Shown here: positions 26,026 through 39,189 of the stretch, piece by piece
Position numbering within the stretch: the first letter of the stretch is position 1
Layout of the letters: each line of letters starts with the position of its first letter
DNA from: Chiloscyllium plagiosum
Taxonomy: Eukaryota
Assembly (NCBI RefSeq): GCF_004010195.1
Contig: NC_057717.1
Coordinates: 103,674,631-103,738,630, forward strand
Direction of reading: 5' to 3'
DNA length: 64,000 bases
Position numbers and translations under genes: made by a program
The notes under the pieces: generated by a model
Told to the model about the DNA's origin: nothing
Seen by the model: only the letters and a program-made list of their open reading frames with translations
Databases searched by the model: none

Positions 26026-26809
26026 TAAGACCTACACTGTCAGTGAGAGGTTTACGGCTCTGACAGAGAAAGTTGATCCTGGTCAGCTGTGTTTCAGTTT
26101 TATAATGGGGGATTGTGATGGGCCACTTAGCAATATGTGCCGTAGTTGGCTCATTATTAGTAATATGCTCAGAATGAGTCACTGACCAGCAGAACAGCCC
26201 AAACCAAACGTTGCGGTTTGTTAGCAAAGGGCAGCTTTGTTCTTTACGAGGTTCAATGTGAATTCCCACAACATGGGGGAGGGAGGTAACTGGCCCTGGG
26301 TATGGGGGACTGTTGGCTTTTAGATACCACACAGGAAGTCATGCATCTTCACCTCCTCAGTGAATATGAATTACAAGAGAGCAATGGGGGGGGGGGGGGG
26401 TGTTACAGGGCAATGTTGCTCTTGACATCAGTCGTTGAAACCAAAACAAAAATTGCTGGAAAAACTCAGCGAGTCGGAGCAGAGAGCGAGAAAGCAGAGG
26501 TCGATGACTCTTCCTCCGAGCGGGACTTGAAATGTTAACTCTGCTTTCTCTCTGCACAGATGCTGCCAGACCTGCTGAGTTTCTCCAGCAATTTCTGTCT
26601 TTATTTCAGATTCCCAGTGTCTGCAGTTCTTTGTTTAACTTTATGATCCTTTCTGTCTGTCACTCTGATACTGACTAATACCAGTTTGTGGTGGGGGTAG
26701 TTCACTACCACCTCCCTCTGTCCCTGTCTTCATCTAAGAGCCTACGGGTTTACAATGGGAAAGTAAAACCACTAAAGTATGTTAAATAGAAAACTTGCCT
26801 TAAATTTAG

Positions 26810-27712
26810 TAGTTAGCACTGCTGCCTCACAGCACTAGGAACCCAGGTTCGATTCCAGCCTCGGGCAACTGTCTGTGTGGATTAGACTAGATTCCCTACA
26901 GTGTGGAAACAGGCCCTTTGGCCCAACAAGTCCACACCGACCCTCTGAAGAGTAACCCACCCAGACCTATTACCTTACCCTATATTTACCCCTGACTAAT
27001 ACACCTAACACCATGGGCAATTTAGCATGGCCAATTCACCTGGCCTGCACATGTGGGTGGCATGATGGCTCAGTGGTTAGCAATGCCTCACAGCACCAGG
27101 GTCCTGGGTTCAATTCCTGTCTGCCGGTGTGGAGTTTGCACATTTTCCCTGTGTTTGCGTGGGTTTCCTCCCACAATGCAAAGATGTGCAGGTCAGGTGA
27201 ATTGGCCATGGGAAATTGCCCGTAGTGTTAGGTGCGTTAGTCAGGGGTAAATATAGGGTAGGGGAATGGGTCTGGGTGGGTTTCCCTTTGGAGGGGTGGT
27301 GTGGACTTGTTGGGCCGAAGGGCCTGTTTCCACACTGTAGAGAATCTAATCGAATCTAATCTTTGTGATTGTGGGAAGAAACCCACACAGACACAGGGCG
27401 AATGTGCAAACTCCACACAGACAGTCACCCAAAGCAGGAATGGAACCCGGGTCCCTGGTGCTGTAAGGCAGCAGTGCTAACCACTGAGCCAACACGCTGC
27501 CCCTGGAGTTTGCACATTCTCCCCGTATCTGTGTGGGTTTCCTCCGGGTGCTCCGGTTTCCTCCCACAGTCCAAAGATTTGCAGGTTAGGTGGCTTTAGC
27601 CATGGGAAATGCAGGCTTACTGGGATAGGGTAGGGGAGCGACTCTTCACTGGATTGGTGTGGACTCAATGGGCTGAACGGCCTGCTTCCACACTGTAGGG
27701 AGTCTATGATTC
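26810..27712. mobile_element. Three nested HE1-type SINEs in alternating orientation
   Basis: Outer (+) 26810-26881 and 27503-27712; middle (-) 26882-27052 and 27361-27502; inner (+) 27053-27360. Confidence 0.85.
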
Positions 27713-28069
27713 TAAACAAGATGCAGTTTATTGGCTGATCCACATTCATTGTGTGGATGTGATAGATTCCAAGGCACCGTCTCAGCCCACCCCACTCTCT
27801 TGGTTAATAATTATCCCAGAAGAGGAACAAAATCTGCCCAGTAGCATTTTACAGTTTGTGGAAATTTGATTCATGCAAATTTGCTGCCACTTTGCAACAA
27901 TTATTGCAATTTTAGAAGGTGTCTCATTGCGTGGAGTTACCCCGTTGAAAACTGCTGTATAAATGCACAGCTTTGTAGTTCCCCACTCACTCAATGAGCC
28001 ACAGCTGATCACCCAAGAGGAAGGCCATGCACTGAGACAGATAAATCCACATTTCCCGAGGTCGGGTTA

Positions 28070-28630
28070 GAACCAGGAGCAGGAGTAGGCCGTCTGGCCC
28101 CTCGAGCCCGCTGCACCATTCAATACGATCACGGCTGATCTTTTCATGGACTCAGCTCCACTTACCCGCCCCCTCACCATAACCCTTAATTCCTTTACTG
28201 TTCAAAAAAAAATCATCTTAGCTTTAAAAACATTTGATGAGCAAGCCTCGTTTGCTTCCCAGGGAATTCCACAGATTCCCAACCCTTTGGGTGAAGACGT
28301 TTCTCCTCAGCTCAGTCCTAAACCTGCTCCCTTTAATTTTGACGCTATGCTCCCTAGTTCTAGTTCCACCCCCCCTCCCCCAGTGGAAACGTCCTCCCTA
28401 CTTCTATCTTATCTAATACTTTCATAACTTAGTATGCTTCTATAAGATACCCCCTCCCTATTCTTCTAAATTCCAATGAATATAATCCCAGTCTACTCAG
28501 TCTCTCCTCATAAGCCAACCCCCCCTCAACTCTGGAACCAACCTGGTGAACCTCCTCTGCACCCCCTCCAGTGCCAGTCCATCCTTTCCCAAGTAAGGAG
28601 ACCAAAGCTGCACCCAGTATTCCAGGGTTG
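28070..28630 (-). mobile_element. CR1 LINE 3' fragment
   Basis: Reverse CR1 tail; same subfamily as 24815-25190 and 25360-25510. Confidence 0.82.
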
Positions 28631-29954
28631 GACTTGAGCTCACAGCTCAGTGCAATTGGAATTGAATGAATCCCGAAGAAAGTGACTTACAAGAATCATA
28701 ACACCCTCATTCAGTCAGCCCCTTGTTAAGAATAAGTTCATCAAAGACTTCTTTATTGCTTCTATTTTTGGGATGGCTGTTGTTACTCATTCTATGAACT
28801 CTGGAGAGGATCCAAGAGGTGGCATTTAATCTCAACTCCAACTTCCAGCATCTTTCACCCTGAGGCAATCGTTTAAGATTCTCAGTTTTACCGAAACCAC
28901 AGCCTGTCAGAACTTCCTCTGAGAGCCCGGAGTTCATGGTATTCAGATCCAGGGCCGCTGCAGCTTCTCCAACTCCAGAGCTTACAACAACAGCTCTGAT
29001 TGGTGTAGCACTTTTATAAAGTTCACAAGAAGCTTGTGCAGCTGAAGACATCCAGGGCCCTGAGTTATGTCCAGGCGTGTTCCAGCAGGTTGTGGTCCCC
29101 GAAGTGGATTCGAAGGGACGGCTTTAAGAAGGGGGAAGGAAGAGATTCAGGGAGGCAACAGGGTGACCAGAACTGGACACTGTTCTCCAGAAGAGGCCTC
29201 ACCAATGTCCTGTACAACCTCAACATGGCATCCCAACTCCTACACTCAGAGGCAAGCGTGCTAAATGCCTTCTTAACCACCCCGCCTACCAGTGATGCAA
29301 ACTTCAAAGAATTAGGTACCTGAACCCTTAGGTCTCTCCCTGATGGGGATGACAATGGTGCATTGAGAAAAGGGTGGATGTGCAAGGGGGGGTAGAGTCG
29401 GAAACCCCATATCCCACATCTTCAGACTCCCAGCGTTACTCCCTCACCAGTAACCAGGTTCACTTTACTGTCATCGTAAACCTGACCCACTTCTTCATGA
29501 TTTCTTGCTATTTTCTTCCATGACTCGTCATAACCTTGCTGGTGGCTCCCTACAACCCACCCCGGCATTTCAGTCTGATCGACTCGATTACACAGATCCT
29601 GTCAGTATCTTGAGTTTTATTTTGAGAAGGGTTGACTGTTATAGTCCCTCATGCAAATACAATGAACTTATGTTGGTGGAACATGAATAAGTTCCTCAAT
29701 TCTTGCAAGGAACAAGTTCTGTTCCAGATTGTCCCCCCCCCTGTATGTTTCACTTTCATTTAGGATCTCAACTTCTGTAATCACAGCGTGAGGCACCATT
29801 TGAGGTTAAATAATTTGCCACGATGCCATGCCATTGCTGCTACTGTTCATAGTCAGTGCTGCCAGGGATGCCGTCATCATGGTAATCCATACCCCTCTGT
29901 CTAGTACTCCTGTTAATGTATGTTCATTGTACTAGTCACGTGAAGGATAAACAC

Positions 29955-30255
29955 GTGACGGCTCAGTGGGTAGCACTGCTGCCTCACAGCACCAAGGACC
30001 CAGGGACTTGGGCGTCTGTCCATGTGGAGTTCGCACATTCGCCCCGTGTCTGCGTGAGTTTCCTCCGGGTGCTCCAGTTTCCTCCCACAGTCCAAAGATG
30101 TGCAGGTTAGGGTGGTTTGGCCGTGCTAAATTGTCCAGGGAGGTGCAGGTTAAGAGGGTTAGCCATGGGAAATGCAGGGTTACAGTGGGATGCTGTTCAC
30201 AATTTGAACTTGATGGACCAAATGACCTGCTTCCACACTGGAGGGATTCTTTGAT
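29955..30255 (+). mobile_element. HE1-type SINE
   Basis: tRNA head, V-domain and tail. Confidence 0.85.
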
Positions 30256-31204
30256 TCTAACTGTCTTCAGCAGGCATTTCTGGTGCCAGTGGCAGTGTCC
30301 CAGCCTCTGAGCTGGGTTCAAGTCTGACCTTCTCCAGAAGGTGTGTCTTGACATCTCTGAACAGGTTGGTTGCTAGCTATCTCTCTGTTTTAAATTGACT
30401 GGTGGGATGTGGGTATCACTGGCTGGGCCAGCATTTATTGCCCTTGAATTCAGTAGCTTGCTTGGCCATTTCAGAAGGTGGACGTGAGTCACCCCCGTTG
30501 CTGTGGGTCTGGAGTCACATGTAGGCCAGACCAGGTATGGATGGTGGATTTGCTTCCCTTGAAAGTTATTACTGAGACCAATGGCGACTTTCCCCCCCAA
30601 CAATAGCTATTCAGTCGATTATTAATTCCAGATTTTTAACATTTTTGATTCCTTTCTGATTAAAAATCCATCAGCCCAGGATATACTGAATGATCCAGCC
30701 TGGACAGACCTTAAGAGTTCCACAGGTTCACTATCTTCTGAGAGATGAAAGACCTCCTCAACTATCAAGAAAAGAGTTTGTGATTTGGATTCTCCATTGG
30801 GATCCAGTTAACAACATCACAGCAATGTCTACTGGGGACTTGTTTCATCGTCCTCAAAGCCTGTGTACAATCCCTTCCCATCTAACAGACCAAAATAGTA
30901 ACCTGCACTCTTATAGCACTTTTCACTTGACCCAAAGGGGCCTCACAAGAATATAATCAGATCAAACACAACACCATGTGTCAGGCATAAGAAGCATCGT
31001 CCAGGGTGCTGGGGGGTTGGGGTTTAAGAAGGGTTCAGACAATGGCGACAATGCTGGGAAGATTCAAATCAGGGATCCACGTGAGGCCAGAATTGAAGGA
31101 CCGTGGAGATTTCGTAAAGTTATGGGACCAGGGAATGGAAGTTTCACAGCAGAGTGAGACACGATTATACCTCTGTTACAAGATGACAGGGTGACCCTCA
31201 GGAT

Positions 31205-31700
31205 GACTGAGAGTCAGAGAGACGTACAGCACGGAAACAGACCCTTCGGTCCAACTCATCCACACCGACCAGATATCCTAAATTAATCCAGTCCCATTTG
31301 CCACCACTTGGCCCATATCTCCCTAAACCCTTCCTATTCATATACCCATCGAGATGCCTTTTAAATATTGCTGTTGTACCAGACTCCACCACTTCCTCTG
31401 GCAGCTCATTCCATACACGTACCACCCTCTGCGTGAAAAGGTTGCCCCTCAGAACCCTTTTATATCTTTCCCCTCTCACTTTAAACTCATACCCTCTAGC
31501 TTTGGACTCCCCTACCCTGCGGAAAAGACCTTGTCTATTTATCCTATCCATGCCCCTCGCGATTTTGTAAACCTCTATAAGGTCACCCCTCAGCCTCCGA
31601 CGCTCCAGGGAAAACAGCCCCAGCCTGTTCAGCCTCTCCCTGTAGCTCAAACCCTCTAACCCTGGCAACATCCTTGTAAATCTTTTTCTGAACCCTTTCA
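31205..31700 (-). mobile_element. CR1 (HER1-like) LINE 3' end
   Basis: KRFTRMLPGLEGLSYRERLNRLGLFSLERRRLRGDLIEVYK; explains the 276-aa ORF. Confidence 0.92.
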
Positions 31701-33227
31701 AATTTCCCGACATCGTTCCGATAGCGACCTCTCTTTTCCATAACCCTCGCAGTTGGAAGTGTGATTGCCAGACTCCGCACTGACAAGGACAGTGTTGCAA
31801 TGTGTTCACCAGCACAAGCCTGTTGAGACAGTCAACATAGTATTTACATCCCGTTCCTAAAGAGCGATGTTTCATCAGCAGAACACTGGTTGTGCTGGTG
31901 ACAGGTCGGAAGCCAGCAATTCTCCCCATATAAAAGACGGAGGCGGGTGAGCTGTGTTGAAAGGGACATGCAACGAGAGGTCTAGAAGTTTGGAAAAGTT
32001 TGCATATCTCACTCTTCAACAAACCCACACATGTCCAGTTGGTGTTTGACTGAGTTAGTGGTCCCTATTGTCCTTCTAAAGGTAAGAATCAAAGTCTTTC
32101 TAATCCCCCCTACTATTGCTGCCTCGTAGGTTTTAAAAAGTGCTTCATTTATATGTGACCTGTCACATTCCCAGGACACGTCAAGTTGCTTGACCAGAGA
32201 TGAAATGTAGTGCAGGAAACATAGCAGCCAATCTTTGCATGGCAAAGTCAGAAGGCAGACGACACACCGGTTATAGTCCAACCGTGTTCCGAAAGCTTGC
32301 GTTTTCAAACGAACCGGTTGGAGCCCAAGCCGGTGTTGTGTGGCTTCTGACTTTGCCCAGCCCAGTCCAACACGGGCACCTCCACATCAAAACAACAACA
32401 TTCAGCAGTCAGACCATCTGGTTGTGGTGCCTCTGAGCCAGGAGACATGAGTTCAAGTCTCAACCGTTCCAGAGATTTGTCATAACACCTCTGAATGGGT
32501 GGCTTAGAAAATATCTGAGGGGTGAGCACTGGCCTGGATTCTGGGAGAGTGCAGGGGGACGAGCTGAGAATAGTTCACAGGTCGGCGCAACATCGAGGGC
32601 CGAACGGCCAGTTCTGCGCTGTATTGTTCTATGATTCCACCAACAACTTCCCTTCAAACAACACAGCACCATCATTTACATCCAACTGGAAGGCCAGGAT
32701 GAATCTCAGTTTGAGCACAGCACCCCCTGACAGTGTAGCACTCCCTCAATAGTGCACTGAGACTAACTTCCTTGATTTCTACACTTAGGTTCCCTGGGGT
32801 AGGACTCAAGCCCACGGCCTGTGGAACATGAAGTGACCCACTCCCATGCCCCCCCCATCACTGCAGCAAAACGGGAAGGTATCCAAGGCTAACCAAGAAA
32901 CGCAACTGACCAGAAAGACCATCGCGTGTTCCCTTTTAATACAGCCCATCAGCTTTCCTCTTTTGTATGGGGAGGATTCCAAACCATTTTCTCTCGAGCA
33001 CCAGCCCCAGGACACAGGAATGAAGAGGGAATTCCTAATGGACCCCAGAGGATGGGGGCAGTAGGATTTGACTGCCATCTGGGCCATAAGCCAATTGGAT
33101 TTCTTGCTCTCTGCCATCTCCCTCCCATTCTCTGGACACGGATGTGGCCTGTTTCTCCAGCAGGAATGTCGTAATGTCCCCATTCCTGGTTCTCTTCAGG
33201 GGCGATGATGAGAAACCGGCTACTTAA

Positions 33228-34665
33228 AGAATCCCTGCCGTATGGAGACAGGCCATTCGGCCTGTCAAGTGCAAACCGAGCCTCTAAAGAGCATCCCACC
33301 CAAACCCTGTAACCCTGCATTTCCCACGGCTAATCCAACTAACCTGCACCTCCCTGGACACTTAACTTAACACCACCAATCCACCCTAACTTGTCTATCT
33401 TTGGACTGTGGGAGGAAACCCACGCAGACACGGGGAGAATGTGCAAACTCCACACAGACAGTCGCCCCGAAGCTGGAATCGAACCCAAGTCCCTGACGCT
33501 GTGAGGCAGCAGTGTTTCTCTCTGTCACTGTGCTGCCTGTTTGAAGGATTTGGGTGGCCACCCAGAACCCAGGAAGATCCATACATTCCAGGACAGTCTG
33601 AGGCTGCTGGATTTGGGAGATTGGCCATTGGACACACATTTTGTACGGTACACCATACCGTACAAACCCCAACAGGGACCATCGATCTGACACGTGCTGT
33701 TTCAATATCCCAGAACAGTGTTCAACATTCAGACCAACCTTCCCATGTCTGAAACTCCAGTCCACACTTCCTTTTACCATCCTGTGTCCCCACAGGGAAC
33801 ACAGCCTCACCACATCACTGTCCTTCCTATGAAATATCACAGTTCACAAACTGGTTAATGCATAGGTGTGAGCAACAGTGTAAGGGTGGCACAGTGGCTC
33901 AGTGGTTGGAACTGCTGCCTCACAGCACCAGGGACCTGGGTTTGATCCCACTCTCAGGTGACTGTCTGTGTGGAGTTTGCACGTTCTCCCTCTGTCTGCG
34001 TGGGTTTCCTCCCACAATCCAAGGATTAGGTGAATTAGCCATGGGAAATTGTCCCATGGTGGTCAAGGGTGTGCAGGTTAGGTGCAATAGTCAGGAGAAA
34101 TGTAAAGTAATGGGGAAGGGGTTTGGGTGGGATACTCTTCAGAGGGTCGGTGTAGATTTGTTGGGCCAAAGGGCCTGTTTCCACACTGTAGGGATTCTAT
34201 GATACAGTTGACTCATTGGCTGGTCCCAGCAGGTTGGCACCACCTAAACCAACAGCATGGGTTCAATTCCCACACCAGCTGAGGTTACCATGTTTCAACA
34301 CAGCTCATCCACTTCCCTCTTTTGTACAGGGAGACTTCCAAACCGCAGTGTCTCAGTGGTTAGCCCTGCTGCCTTGCAGCACCAGGGACCCTGGTTGGCT
34401 TCCAGCCTTGGGCTACAGTCTGGGTGGAGTTTACACGTTCTCCACGGGTCTGCTCTGGTTTCCTTCCACAACCACCAAGATGTGCAGGTGAGGGTAGATC
34501 GGCCATGCTAAATAGCCCTTTTTGTGCTGGGTGGGTCAGCCATGGGAACGTGGGGTTACAGGGATAGGATGGGTGGGTCAGTCTGGGTGGCCTGCGCTTC
34601 GGAGGGTTGGTGTAGACTTGATGGGCTGAATGACCTGCTTCCACAGCTGTAGGTAATTCTACAAT
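33228..34665. mobile_element. Three HE1-type SINEs: (-) 33228-33515, (+) 33884-34203, (+) 34345-34665
   Basis: Each shows A/B boxes, V-domain and tail. Confidence 0.85.
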
Positions 34666-35684
34666 TCCCAGCCTCTCTCCTTGCCTGACCCTCAGGTTAA
34701 ACCACCACCAATCATCTCTCCCTCCTGAGGGAAAAGCTCTGGCACTATAGTGACTGATATTTCTTCACCATATCTTAATACCTAGTATTTTACACTGGGG
34801 TATGTGAGATACAAAGGGCTTGCCAATGGTGAGTTACTGCGTGCTGAACTCCAGAGAGGTACCTTGCCTTGTCTTTTAATGAGGTGCACAATAAAGTTAC
34901 CCAACAACAAGATCCATGAGGAAGTCATGTATTGTTCAAGGTTACAACAATAAAGCTATGATCCCATTTAAAATCATTCAGCTCAGTGAGTGCTTCAGTA
35001 AGTGCCAGGGGTATCCTCACCCAGGTCAGGCCCCCTCCAATCCCCTTAAAGTTACAGGGACAAAAGTAACAGGGAGCCATAGATGAACATGCTGTGAAAA
35101 TTTGTCTTCTTAGATTAGATTACGTTACATTACAGTGTGGAAACAGGCCCTTCGGCCCAACAAGTCCGAAGCGCAACCCACCCATACCCCTACATTTACC
35201 CCTTACCTAAACACTATGGGCATGTTAGTATACGCACGCTTGTGGGGCCACACGTACCAGCTGGTTTCGTAACAGTTTCTACCCTACTGCTGTTAGAATA
35301 CTGAATGGACTCACAAACTCTTAACATTCACCTGTACCTGTGTCTTCTCTCACATGTCAGTATAATCTCGTACAAGTTACAAATGCCTTGGGGTTTGTTT
35401 GCTAGTTGGAATCAAACTCCACTGTTTGTTTCTTCATACGCTACTGCACAGAAGCCAGCTGTGTTAGTGCACGTCAAGATATTTTTATGAATACTTTTGC
35501 AATTAAAAAAAAAGTGTAGATTGGTGTGCCCCTGCTAGTTCCCTGCTCTTGCATATGTTGTTACAATGAGCCCTGACAGACCCCATTCTCCCTGCACTAC
35601 TGCAAAAGGCGATCCGTTACCCGTTCAAGGAAGCATGATATCCCTCCTGTCGCAAAGCTCCCACCTACCAGGCCCCGCTGTCAA

Positions 35685-36005
35685 GGAAAGGCCGCCAGCA
35701 TTCTCAAAGATCCATCCCACCCTGGCAATGTTTTTCTACAACCTCTACCATCGGGGAGAAGGTACAGAATCCTGAACACACGCGCCAGCCGGTTTCAAAA
35801 CAGTTTCTACCCTACTGTTGTTAGGATACCGAATGGACTCTCAAACTCTTAACATTCACCCATACCTGTGATTTTGTTTTTGCCGCTGTTTACCTATTAT
35901 TTACTTACCTTTGCTACTTAACTCTGTGACCTGCCTGTATTGCTCGCAAGACAAAGCTTTTCACTGTGCCTCGGTACACGTGACAATAAATTCAATTCAA
36001 TTCCA
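35685..36005 (+). mobile_element. Rex1/Babar-type LINE 3' end
   Basis: KAASILKDPSHPGNVFLQPLPSGRRYRILNTRASRFQNSFYP, then AATAAA and an (ATTCA)n tail; partial second copy at ~35255-35345. Confidence 0.75.
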
Positions 36006-36589
36006 TTCCTATGATTGGACCACACCGACAAAATGTCCATTCACACACACCCCATTTCCCTGACACTTGGCCCACGCGCTTCTAAGCTTTCCAATCCCTG
36101 TCACTATTCCCGGGAACTCCAGGGAACTCTGTGTGTAAGGGTCCCGCCAGCAGGTTTTCCCACCTAATCCCTCCACAGTCACCGCCCTCTTTCTCTGTGG
36201 GAGACAGATTGCTCAGAAATCACAGGATGTGGGACAGAGTATCACGGAGCCAGGCTCAGTCAGCACTTTTCCCAGAGGTTGGGGGGAGAAGGAAGTGGGG
36301 TTTAGTTGATGGAAATCTCCTGTCTGTCCACCAGCCCCACACTCTCCCATATAACCCCCTTCAAATCGGACTTTCAGCTCCCCCACAAAACCGGGCTCGG
36401 GTCTCTCCTCCCTTCATCCTGACCAAGCCCGGATTGGAAGGAACCAGTCTGGGCCTGCATGGCAGCCCACCCTCTCTCTCTTTTTTTTAAAAATCCCCAG
36501 CCCCGTCCCTTCACCCTGGGCTCCCATCCTGATAATTCTCATATCCTCTGTTTGCAAAACCCTCCACAGCCTCACCCGCCCTCTCTCCC

Positions 36590-36870
36590 TCCCCCGACCC
36601 CTTTCCTCCTGCCTTTCTCTCTCTTTCTCACCCCTCTCTTTCCCTGTCTCTCTCTGTCCCTTTCTCATACTCTCTGTCTATCTCTCTCTTTCTCACCCTT
36701 TCTCTCTATTCCTCTATGTCTCTCTCTTTCTGTCTCTCTCTATCTCTCTCTCTCTCTTTTTCTGTCTCTCTCCCTCTCTCTCTCCCTGTCTCTCTATCTC
36801 TCTCTCTCTTTCTGTCTCTCTCTGTCTCTCTCTTTCTGTCTCTCTCTATCTCTCTCTCTCTCTGTCTTTG
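36590..36870. repeat. (CT)n polypyrimidine tract
   Basis: Directly visible. Confidence 0.92.
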
Positions 36871-37099
36871 AGACTCTCCATCAAGTCTTCGCGTGTGGTT
36901 CAATTTCACATTTTGATTGACAATCACCCCAGTGAAGCACTTGGGATGCTTTACCATTATCAAAAGACGCTATACAAATGCAGATTGTTACCATTTGTGT
37001 CCTCAGTCAGAGAGTGGCCAGGGGTTGGAGCAGACGTTAACAAGTCTCAGCCTGACCCAGGAAGAGAGAGTGGACAGAGCTGCAGCTAATGATAATTGT

Positions 37100-37400
37100 G
37101 GACGTGTGTGTATTTGTGTGTGTGTGCGCGTGTATATACAAGTGAGTGAGAGTGTTGGCTGTGTATGTGTGTGTGCATTTGTGTGTTTATGTTTGTGTGG
37201 GCATGCATTCATGTATGTGTGCATGTGTGTCTGTGCATGTGTGCATGTCTGTGTGTGCCCGTGCATGTGTGCATGTCCGTGCATGTGTGTGTGTGTCTGT
37301 GCGTGTGTATGAGTGTGCATGCGTGAGTGTATGTGTGTGTGTGCGCGGGTGTGTGTGCGCGCGGGTGTGTGTGTATGAGAGAGCGAGAGAGAGAGAGAGA
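37100..37400. repeat. Degenerate (GT)n/(GA)n microsatellite
   Basis: Directly visible. Confidence 0.92.
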
Positions 37401-37773
37401 GGCCTGGATAGGTGATTACTACTGCAGTGGAATAGCCTGCTCTCTGTGAAGAAGAAGGGCCATTTTGAGAAGAGAGTCAAAGCATTTGAGGGAACTGAGT
37501 GAGATCGGTAAAAAGCAAACACACAACCCCGACAGAGAAAGAATTGTGTGATGATGGATAAAGGGGCTAAAGTTGGTGGAAGTTCACCTCAGTTTCCTGG
37601 ATTGAAATAGAAGCCACCTTCAAGGAGAAAGACAAAATCACCTCACAGGAAATGCCATGGTGTGTGAAAGGACAACCCTCGATGTAGAGATTTCTTTCGG
37701 GAACCTGTCCCTATCTCAACCAGGACAAAATATGGATTCCTGGTGGGCTGGGAGATCCTCAGCTCTCACCTGT

Positions 37774-38105
37774 GGGGTGGTGGCTCAGTGGTTAGCACTG
37801 CTGCCTCACAGCACCAGGGACCTGGGTTTGATCTCACCCTCGGGCGACTGTCTGCGTGCAGTTTGTACATTCTCCCCGTGTCTGTGTGGGTTTGCTCCGG
37901 TTCCCTCCCACCGTCCAAAGATGTGCAGGTTAGGACGGATTGGCCATGGGAAATTGCCCTTAGTATTTAGGGATGTGCAGGCTAGGTGGGTTAGCCACGG
38001 GGAAGTGCAGGGTTACAGGGGTGGGATGGGACAGTGTGGGATGCTCTCCAGAGGGTCAATGTGAACTCAATGGGCCAAATGGCCTGTTTCCACACTGTAG
38101 GGATG
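37774..38105 (+). mobile_element. HE1-type SINE
   Basis: tRNA head, V-domain and tail. Confidence 0.88.
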
Positions 38106-38841
38106 TTTTTGTCCTCCCTAGCCCCACACCCAGCCTTCAGTACTGAGCATAGGGAACTCAGTGAGGACTGACTATCGTGGGCTGGTCAGTGACTGCACTC
38201 TTATATGCTCTCTGTCTATTGTTAAAGGGATAGCACTGAGGCCATTCAGAGTAGGCGCAATGAACACCCTGGCCCCTGAGCAGCAATGGAAAGGGTTAAA
38301 CCTCTGAGTGCAGATGGTAAAGACAAAAGGCTTGTATTCCCCTGAGTGCAGAGGTGATCTAATTGCAGTGCTCAAGTTAATGAAAGAATTCAGTACAGAG
38401 AAACAACTTCCTCTAACTGGGCTGGGGAAGGGGTCCTGAACAAGGTTGCATGGGTTGGGGGGGGTGGGGGGTGTGGAGTGGGTTGGCTGAACCTCAAAAT
38501 TCAAGCCAGGTCACTCGAGGGAGCGATGTCAGGGTCAAATTAATGTTTCTAACCTGCAGTTGATATCGGTTTGTCAGGGCTGAGGAACCAAGAGTCAAAA
38601 GGAGTTGAGACAGCGAACAGTGGGACAGACGGGAGGGGCAGAGTGGTCTCAGCCTATTTTTACAGCCAGCCATCCCAGCGCAAGCCAGGGACTACAAAAG
38701 GAACCGATCGCTGTAACTGAGAGCAACTGTTTGTGGTCAGGTGGGGGCAGGGGGCACAGAGAGGGAAGAGGTGAGATCTGTCTGAATGCTTCCACATCTA
38801 TCCCGGCTGACGCGGCCGCCACGGAAGGTGCCGGAACCTAC

Positions 38842-39045
38842 CTGGGACATCTGAGGCCGCAGGTTGATCTCCTTGAGGTTGATGGAGTGAGGCCGGAGGT
38901 TGTTGAGGAGCTGACAGAGGAGGACGCCATCTCTCAGAGCCCAGGCCAAGTCGCAGACCTGAGCGTTGGCCCAGGTCACCCTGTGGTTGGGGGGCAACAC
39001 TTTACACTCGATCAGCCAGTTGGCACACTGCCGCCAGTTCTCCAT
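38842..39045 (-). CDS. VAV1: VAV-family guanine nucleotide exchange factor, first coding exon (N-terminal half of the calponin-homology domain); most likely VAV1, VAV3 not excluded
   Basis: Translates [68 protein letters not shown] (68 codons, 204 nt), the characteristic VAV N-terminus. ATG context is GCGATGG. The exon ends at a phase-0 donor CAG|GTAGGT at the conserved VAV exon-1 boundary. Family call is near certain; the paralogue call rests on WRQ, QVC, ALRD and PH residues (VAV1-like), while [10 protein letters not shown] is VAV3-like. Confidence 0.9.
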
Positions 39046-39189
39046 CGCCCAGGCGGCTCTGGCTGTGATCACACAGACAGAAGGGAGCAGAATTAAACTC
39101 AAAACGCAAACCACCCCCGGCCTGCCACCTGTTCAGCGCATTTCCCGTCTTGACTGTTTCCTCCAGAGAGTAGCTTGTTTTTTGAACCA

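Noticed and set aside
31198..32028. 276-aa ORF
   Set aside because: The C-terminal part is a CR1 ORF2 fragment; the rest is chance read-through.
1..38841. VAV exon 2 (FLCLKNIRTF...)
   Set aside because: Not found by eye on the minus strand; it presumably lies left of the window, consistent with a long first intron. I could have missed a diverged exon.
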